DNA from: a virus
Lineage: Duplodnaviria; Caudoviricetes
Length of the DNA stretch: 38,730 nucleotides
Direction: 5' to 3' (one strand)
IMG/VR virus record: IMGVR_UViG_3300017653_000202
Coordinates: 1-38,730 of that record
In this document: positions 34,698 through 38,730 of the stretch, piece after piece
How positions within the stretch are numbered: position 1 is the stretch's first letter
Layout: the number at the start of each line of letters is the position of its first letter
Notes under the pieces: generated by a model
Seen by the model: the letters and a program-made list of their open reading frames with translations, nothing else
Told to the model about the DNA's origin: nothing
Databases searched by the model: none
Program-made: the position numbers and the translations under genes

Positions 34698-35409
34698 CGG
34701 GTGCCTCTCGTTTGGCGACCAGGTTGTGCCGCAGCCGAGACCAGTTGCGCGCCACGGCCGACGCCGACGGCGGGCCGAGATGCGACCACTCGCTGCGGTA
34801 GGCGCGGACGGTCTCGGCGATCGCCTCCGGCGAGTAGTCGGGCTTGTCGCCGACGAGCTGCTCAGCGTCCTCGACATCACGCTGCTCGTGGTCGTTGAGG
34901 CAGGCGTACTCCTGGCCGTAGATCACCCCGCTCCAGCTATCCAGCAAACCCGCCTCGCGCGCGCCCGCGCCCACGTTGGGGCTTCTCGCGGCTTCGGGTT
35001 GTTCGGTATCGGGATCGGGTAACGGGGACGGGTTACGGGAGCGTGCGTTGCTAACACGCTCCGTAACGGCGTTACGCTTTCGTTCGCGAAATCGACCCTG
35101 TCGGATGGCGTTCTGACGGCGCTGTTCGCGGACATCCTCGGCCGACGGGTTGTACTCAAGGTAGTCGTGGATCGCATACCCTCCTTCGATTGGCTCCCAG
35201 AGGCCGGCTGCCAGCAGCTCGTCAGCCATGCCCGGATCGACATCGACCTTCGCGGCGGCGATCCTGACCTGAGCCGTCGTGAGATCGCCGTCGGTAAGTC
35301 GTTGCGCTGCGTAGGTGAGGCCTGCCAGGTAGAGCAGCTTCGCCTCAGAGGAGACGTTGACGATCTTGTCGTTATCGAAGAACTCGTCGTCGAGCTTCAC
35401 CCACGGCAT
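34327..35409 (-). CDS. Replication initiator-like protein
   Basis: MPWVKLDD..TDG..ELLAAGLW..GYAIHDYLEYNPS N-domain, iteron-containing linker, helical C-domain. Confidence 0.75.
   Translation of the reverse strand: MPWVKLDDEFFDNDKIVNVSSEAKLLYLAGLTYAAQRLTDGDLTTAQVRIAAAKVDVDPGMADELLAAGLWEPIEGGYAIHDYLEYNPSAEDVREQRRQNAIRQGRFRERKRNAVTERVSNARSRNPSPLPDPDTEQPEAARSPNVGAGAREAGLLDSWSGVIYGQEYACLNDHEQRDVEDAEQLVGDKPDYSPEAIAETVRAYRSEWSHLGPPSASAVARNWSRLRHNLVAKREAPDGTHQRSHAETAARRREAFAAAGLLGDTDDGEPGRERHADRPDDLSQLPEPSRPDDGLHDLRRAGDGLPDVSRGTVDREAPPRGPNPDPVPAVRLHDPPLRQRQASPERDRAAPVRAGPATRT
35018..35076. repeat. GTAAC/GTTAC repeats, probable replication origin inside the initiator gene
   Basis: GGTAACGG, GGTTACGG and CGTAACG-G-CGTTACG, plus inverted pair GTTACG(G)GAGCGTG / CACGCTCCGTAAC. 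Confidence 0.55.
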
Positions 35410-35909
35410 CAGTGGTCCCGCTTTCGGCTGTTACATGACCGGCACAGGGTCTGGAGGTTGGACATGTGATGGTTGCCGCCTCGGGCCAGTGGCGTGATGT
35501 GATCGACGGTCAGGTCGTGGCGAGACCCGCAGTAGCAGCAGCGATAGCCATCGCGCTGATAGACAAGTCGCGCCCGGATCGGGCGGAGGATGTCCCACTC
35601 GGTTCGGCGACGTCGCAACTCGGTGCGGGCTTCGACCTCGGCCTTCGACGGGTTGTAGTCCAGGTAGTCGTGGACCACGTACCCGCCTTCCGCGAGGTCG
35701 AAGAGGCCCGCGTCGACGAGTTCGTTCGCGATGGCTTCCGGGTCGTCGTGCCGGCAGAGCTTGGGAAGGGTGCTGTGCTTGATGAAGCCGTCGGTCAGGT
35801 ATCGACTGGCGAAGCACGTCGCGGTCACATGCAGGCGAAACGCGGCGTCGCTCACGTCGTCGAGCTTTGGGTGATCCGCGTACTGGTCATCGAACTTGAC
35901 CCACGGCAT
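35409..35909 (-). CDS. HNH endonuclease fused to a paralogous initiator N-terminal domain
   Basis: MPWVKFDD..HDYLDYNPS followed by RDGYRCCYCG..DHITP..NLQTLCRSCNSRK. Confidence 0.88.
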   Translation of the reverse strand: MPWVKFDDQYADHPKLDDVSDAAFRLHVTATCFASRYLTDGFIKHSTLPKLCRHDDPEAIANELVDAGLFDLAEGGYVVHDYLDYNPSKAEVEARTELRRRRTEWDILRPIRARLVYQRDGYRCCYCGSRHDLTVDHITPLARGGNHHMSNLQTLCRSCNSRKRDH

Positions 35910-35913
35910 CCAG

Positions 35914-37035
35914 TTAGCCCCCGTTCACCCCGGTGGAACCACCGAGTGCTCGGCGGCGAGCGGAGAGTTGGCCCTGAAGGTCAGCATCGCCGCCCAGCCC
36001 GATGTCCTTGGTGAACTTCCACAGCTCGGTGATCTGGTCCGGAGTGGTGGCTGTCGCTGCGGCTTTGAGAATCTCGCTGATGTCGGCGACGGGATCGTTG
36101 TTCGGCAACCAGCGATGGAGACTGCCCTTTGGCGTCCAGTAGTCACGGGGTTCTGCCGATGGCGTCTCAGCGTCGTCGAACTCCTCCAGGTCGTCGATGA
36201 CGCGCGCCTCGACGTCGATCGCGTCATCGGTCAGCGCTGGATCGTCGATCGGCCGCTCGGCCTGGAGCAACTCGATCAACTGCCCGATCTGGTCAGTTGA
36301 GAGATCCCGCATCGAGCGGACACCGAACATCCGCTGTGCTCGCTCACTGAGCTGGTCGTGGCTGAGTCCGGCTTCGCGGGCTGCGACATGCAGGTAGCGC
36401 ATCCGCCGTTCACGTGGATCTTCGACCTCGGACGACGTGCCGCGCGTGTTATCAGCCTGCCCCATCTCGTCGCTCGTGTAGAGGCCGGAGAGTTCCTCGG
36501 CGAAGGCTTTGCGGAGGGCAAGGGCCTCGGCGCACTTCGCCAGCATGACATCGGGCATCCGTGCCCACATCGCCGACGGTCGTCCGTTGTACATCTGCGC
36601 GTAGGACGCCCACCGTGCGACGGCGAACAGCGGCTCGCGGAAGTCGGCGTGCAGGACGCCGACACGGGCAGCGGCCGGTGGCTCGTCGGACAGCCAGACG
36701 TCTTGCCAGACGCCGTCCGAGCCACACCAGAACGGTCCGACCTGGCCGGCGTACTTCCCGGTGCGCTTGGCGATCAGCCGGAACCCGTCGATCGATGTCT
36801 GGATCGTCATCGTCGCGGGCTGTCCCTGGCCGCTGCGTCGTTTGACGGCGTAGATCTGTCGGGCGAACGGGTCGAGGCCACGCCGCTGCGAGATGGCGGC
36901 GAACAGCTCGAACTCGTCGTTGTCGAGGTCTTTGGCGATCGTGCGCTTGAGCAGTTCCAGCTTGTCCGGTGTCCAGGTGATAACACCGGACTGCTGCTGC
37001 TCTGCGACCGCAATCGCGCGGTCTGTGACTGTCAT
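35914..37035 (-). CDS. bet: Bet/RecT-family single-strand annealing protein
   Basis: GLDPFARQIY, QTSIDGFR and W..MPDVMLAKCAEALALRKAF..LSGLY..EM motifs. Confidence 0.92.
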   Translation of the reverse strand: MTVTDRAIAVAEQQQSGVITWTPDKLELLKRTIAKDLDNDEFELFAAISQRRGLDPFARQIYAVKRRSGQGQPATMTIQTSIDGFRLIAKRTGKYAGQVGPFWCGSDGVWQDVWLSDEPPAAARVGVLHADFREPLFAVARWASYAQMYNGRPSAMWARMPDVMLAKCAEALALRKAFAEELSGLYTSDEMGQADNTRGTSSEVEDPRERRMRYLHVAAREAGLSHDQLSERAQRMFGVRSMRDLSTDQIGQLIELLQAERPIDDPALTDDAIDVEARVIDDLEEFDDAETPSAEPRDYWTPKGSLHRWLPNNDPVADISEILKAAATATTPDQITELWKFTKDIGLGGDADLQGQLSARRRALGGSTGVNGG

Positions 37036-37101
37036 TCCTGTTCCTCTCACACTGCGGCCCGGCTGTACCGTCACGACGACGGCGAACCGGGCCGGAAACA
37101 C

Positions 37102-37290
37102 TTAGGACGTCTTGAGGGGCCACACCCGATTGGCGTAGCGACCCCACGCGATGACTTTGGCGTGCTCTCGATCTGCGACGGTGGAAGCTCGCTGCACGAT
37201 CCGCTTGAAGGCCGGATCGCTCGCATCCTGATCCCGGAAGCGGGCGAACTGCCGAGAGGCTGGGCAGCGTCGGCCACGGATTCGCTTCAC
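37102..37290 (-). CDS. Hypothetical basic protein (62 aa)
   Basis: GGAGGT RBS; GTGA overlap. Confidence 0.5.
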   Translation of the reverse strand: MKRIRGRRCPASRQFARFRDQDASDPAFKRIVQRASTVADREHAKVIAWGRYANRVWPLKTS

Positions 37291-37385
37291 AGCGCACCTC
37301 CATAGATGGCAACTGCGCAGCAGAACGCGCCGAACGCGAGCCCGATCAGGGCGGACTGGACCAGCTCCCAGAAGAAGCGGCTCAT
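37287..37385 (-). CDS. Small single-TM peptide (32 aa)
   Basis: Overlaps both neighbours; MSRFFWELVQSALIGLAFGAFCCAVAIYGGAL. Confidence 0.5.
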   Translation of the reverse strand: MSRFFWELVQSALIGLAFGAFCCAVAIYGGAL

Positions 37386-37849
37386 GCGTCTGGCTCCCAG
37401 TCACACGCGCCACAGCCGACCTCGCCGAGCAACTCGCCCAGGTCGCCCAGCGTCGTCACGAAACTGGCCGCGCTGAGGGTTGCGCCGCAGACCGGGCAGT
37501 GCGGCTCGGCGGAGACGAGGGCGCGACTAACCGGCGCCGAGAGCTTGGCCGCGTCGGCCGAGCGCAGCGCGATCGACAGCAGAATCGACTCGACGATGAC
37601 GCTCGCCGATACGAACTCCGCGTTATCGACGAACGCGGTCAGCACTTCCGAGCGGTCGACGATGACGCCGAAGCGGTCGCGGCAGACCACGATCAGCGAT
37701 GCCGCCGCCATGTCCGTCGCGCGAGAGAAGGCCGCCGCACGCTTGGCGGCGAGCTCATCCTGCTCAACAACGAACGCCTGCCGCGCCCGCTCACGGAGCG
37801 GCAACGACGGTCGGTACGGCTTGATGGATTGGGCAGATTGACTTACCAT
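37382..37849 (-). CDS. Hypothetical protein with C-terminal CxxC..CxxC
   Basis: GGAGTG RBS; HCPVCG and CGAC. Confidence 0.65.
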   Translation of the reverse strand: MVSQSAQSIKPYRPSLPLRERARQAFVVEQDELAAKRAAAFSRATDMAAASLIVVCRDRFGVIVDRSEVLTAFVDNAEFVSASVIVESILLSIALRSADAAKLSAPVSRALVSAEPHCPVCGATLSAASFVTTLGDLGELLGEVGCGACDWEPDA

Positions 37850-37903
37850 GGTGGCACTCCATTCGACGTGGATCATCTGAGCAGGCGTCTGCCAAACGCC
37901 TGC

Positions 37904-38248
37904 TCAGGCTGTCTGTAGGACCGGCGAGACCATCGCTGGCGTGGTTGCAACGAGTCCGACCTGCGCCGCCCGGCGCATGACATTCGGGTTGAGCGGGACT
38001 CCGGTCAGGTAGCTGCCGGCGATCAACTCGCCGACGTTGGCGCGCTCGGCCGCGTCGACGGCTTCGGCCGCTTCGAGCTGGGTCTTGCGGACCTTCTCCT
38101 TGATGCGAGCTAGTTCCTCATCGTCGATCTCTCCGTCGGCGACGGCCCGCTCGATCTCGTAGGCGAGATCGAGGGCCGCATCGCGGGTGTCCATCGCCTC
38201 CTTGACGGCCGTATCGGCCAGGCGTGCGTGCGATGCCACTGGGTTCAC
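37904..38248 (-). CDS. Hypothetical early protein (CII-like ADGEID..E helical motif)
   Basis: GGAGGAG RBS; position after the Cro-like gene. Confidence 0.6.
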   Translation of the reverse strand: MNPVASHARLADTAVKEAMDTRDAALDLAYEIERAVADGEIDDEELARIKEKVRKTQLEAAEAVDAAERANVGELIAGSYLTGVPLNPNVMRRAAQVGLVATTPAMVSPVLQTA

Positions 38249-38313
38249 CTCCTCCGATCGCGTTGCAAACGCGTTTCAACGTGATGCACGACTCAGATGT
38301 CGTGCTACGGTCT

Positions 38314-38730
38314 CTATCGGGCCACCCGACTCAGCCGTCGCGCATCCAGATCGATTGGCGCGGCAGCACCCTCGGCACCTCCTATGTCACGACGATTCGC
38401 CGACGACAGCCGAGTCGGGTATCCGAACGCAATGAGTTGGTCTTCATTGGAGAGATTCAGATGACGTGCGATCCGGCGCTCCACCATCTCAGTCAGGAAC
38501 ACCCGGCCACCCTCGATGCGACTGAGGTGTTCTCGCGTGATCCCGAGCTTCCGCGCCAGCGCCGCCTGGGTCATCCCAGCGCGCTTGCGGTACTCGCCGA
38601 TGCGGATCGGGTAGTCCCCGCTCCCGGACACCACCGGCCGGCGGTGCTTCCGACCGGTGGCGCCGCCGGTGAGGGGAGGGGTGGATGTGGGGGTAAGCAG
38701 GTTGAGATTTGCCTCGGTTGCTCGCTTCAT
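38314..38730 (-). CDS. Cro-like XRE HTH regulator
   Basis: IGEYRKRAGMTQAALARKLGITREHLSRIEGG; first gene of the leftward early operon. Confidence 0.85.
   Translation of the reverse strand: MKRATEANLNLLTPTSTPPLTGGATGRKHRRPVVSGSGDYPIRIGEYRKRAGMTQAALARKLGITREHLSRIEGGRVFLTEMVERRIARHLNLSNEDQLIAFGYPTRLSSANRRDIGGAEGAAAPIDLDARRLSRVAR

Larger units (their letters stand above)
1..38730. mobile_element. Temperate siphovirus / prophage (near-complete)
   Basis: Integrase, replication, packaging, head, tail and lysis modules in lambdoid order. Confidence 0.97.

Noticed and set aside
1-38730. CRISPR array, rRNA or IS element
   Set aside because: No regularly spaced repeats, rRNA-like sequence or transposase seen.

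Overview
A near-complete GC-rich temperate siphovirus genome or prophage with an HK97-type head and cos/HNH packaging. The host is probably Chloroflexota (Thermomicrobiales-like), inferred from the endolysin C-terminal 'VQYFE..RLEW' module. A + strand integrase and a DpnII/MboI-like nuclease converge on one long - strand arm. Right to left, that arm carries Cro-like and early genes, Bet/RecT, a duplicated replication-initiator N-domain (one copy fused to HNH), a metallopeptidase, minimal PolX, ParB, ASCH, VRR-NUC, a Com-like Zn ribbon, a putative late activator, a second tyrosine recombinase, HNH/cos/terminase, and head, tail and lysis genes. No CI repressor or att site is visible. The most notable items are not in the ORF track: (1) a 73-nt RNA resembling the tmRNA tRNA-like domain alone, with both alanylation determinants changed (25149-25221); (2) a probable GDCCVxC selenoprotein gene with an in-frame UGA, lying between cos and terS (24447-24668); (3) a repeated GAUA+hairpin RNA element flanking the Com-like gene and recurring at late-gene terminators and RBSs; (4) four Noc/parS-like palindromes ATTYCGCGCGRAAT, one inside the phage parB gene. 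All calls were made by eye, without database searches or folding software.
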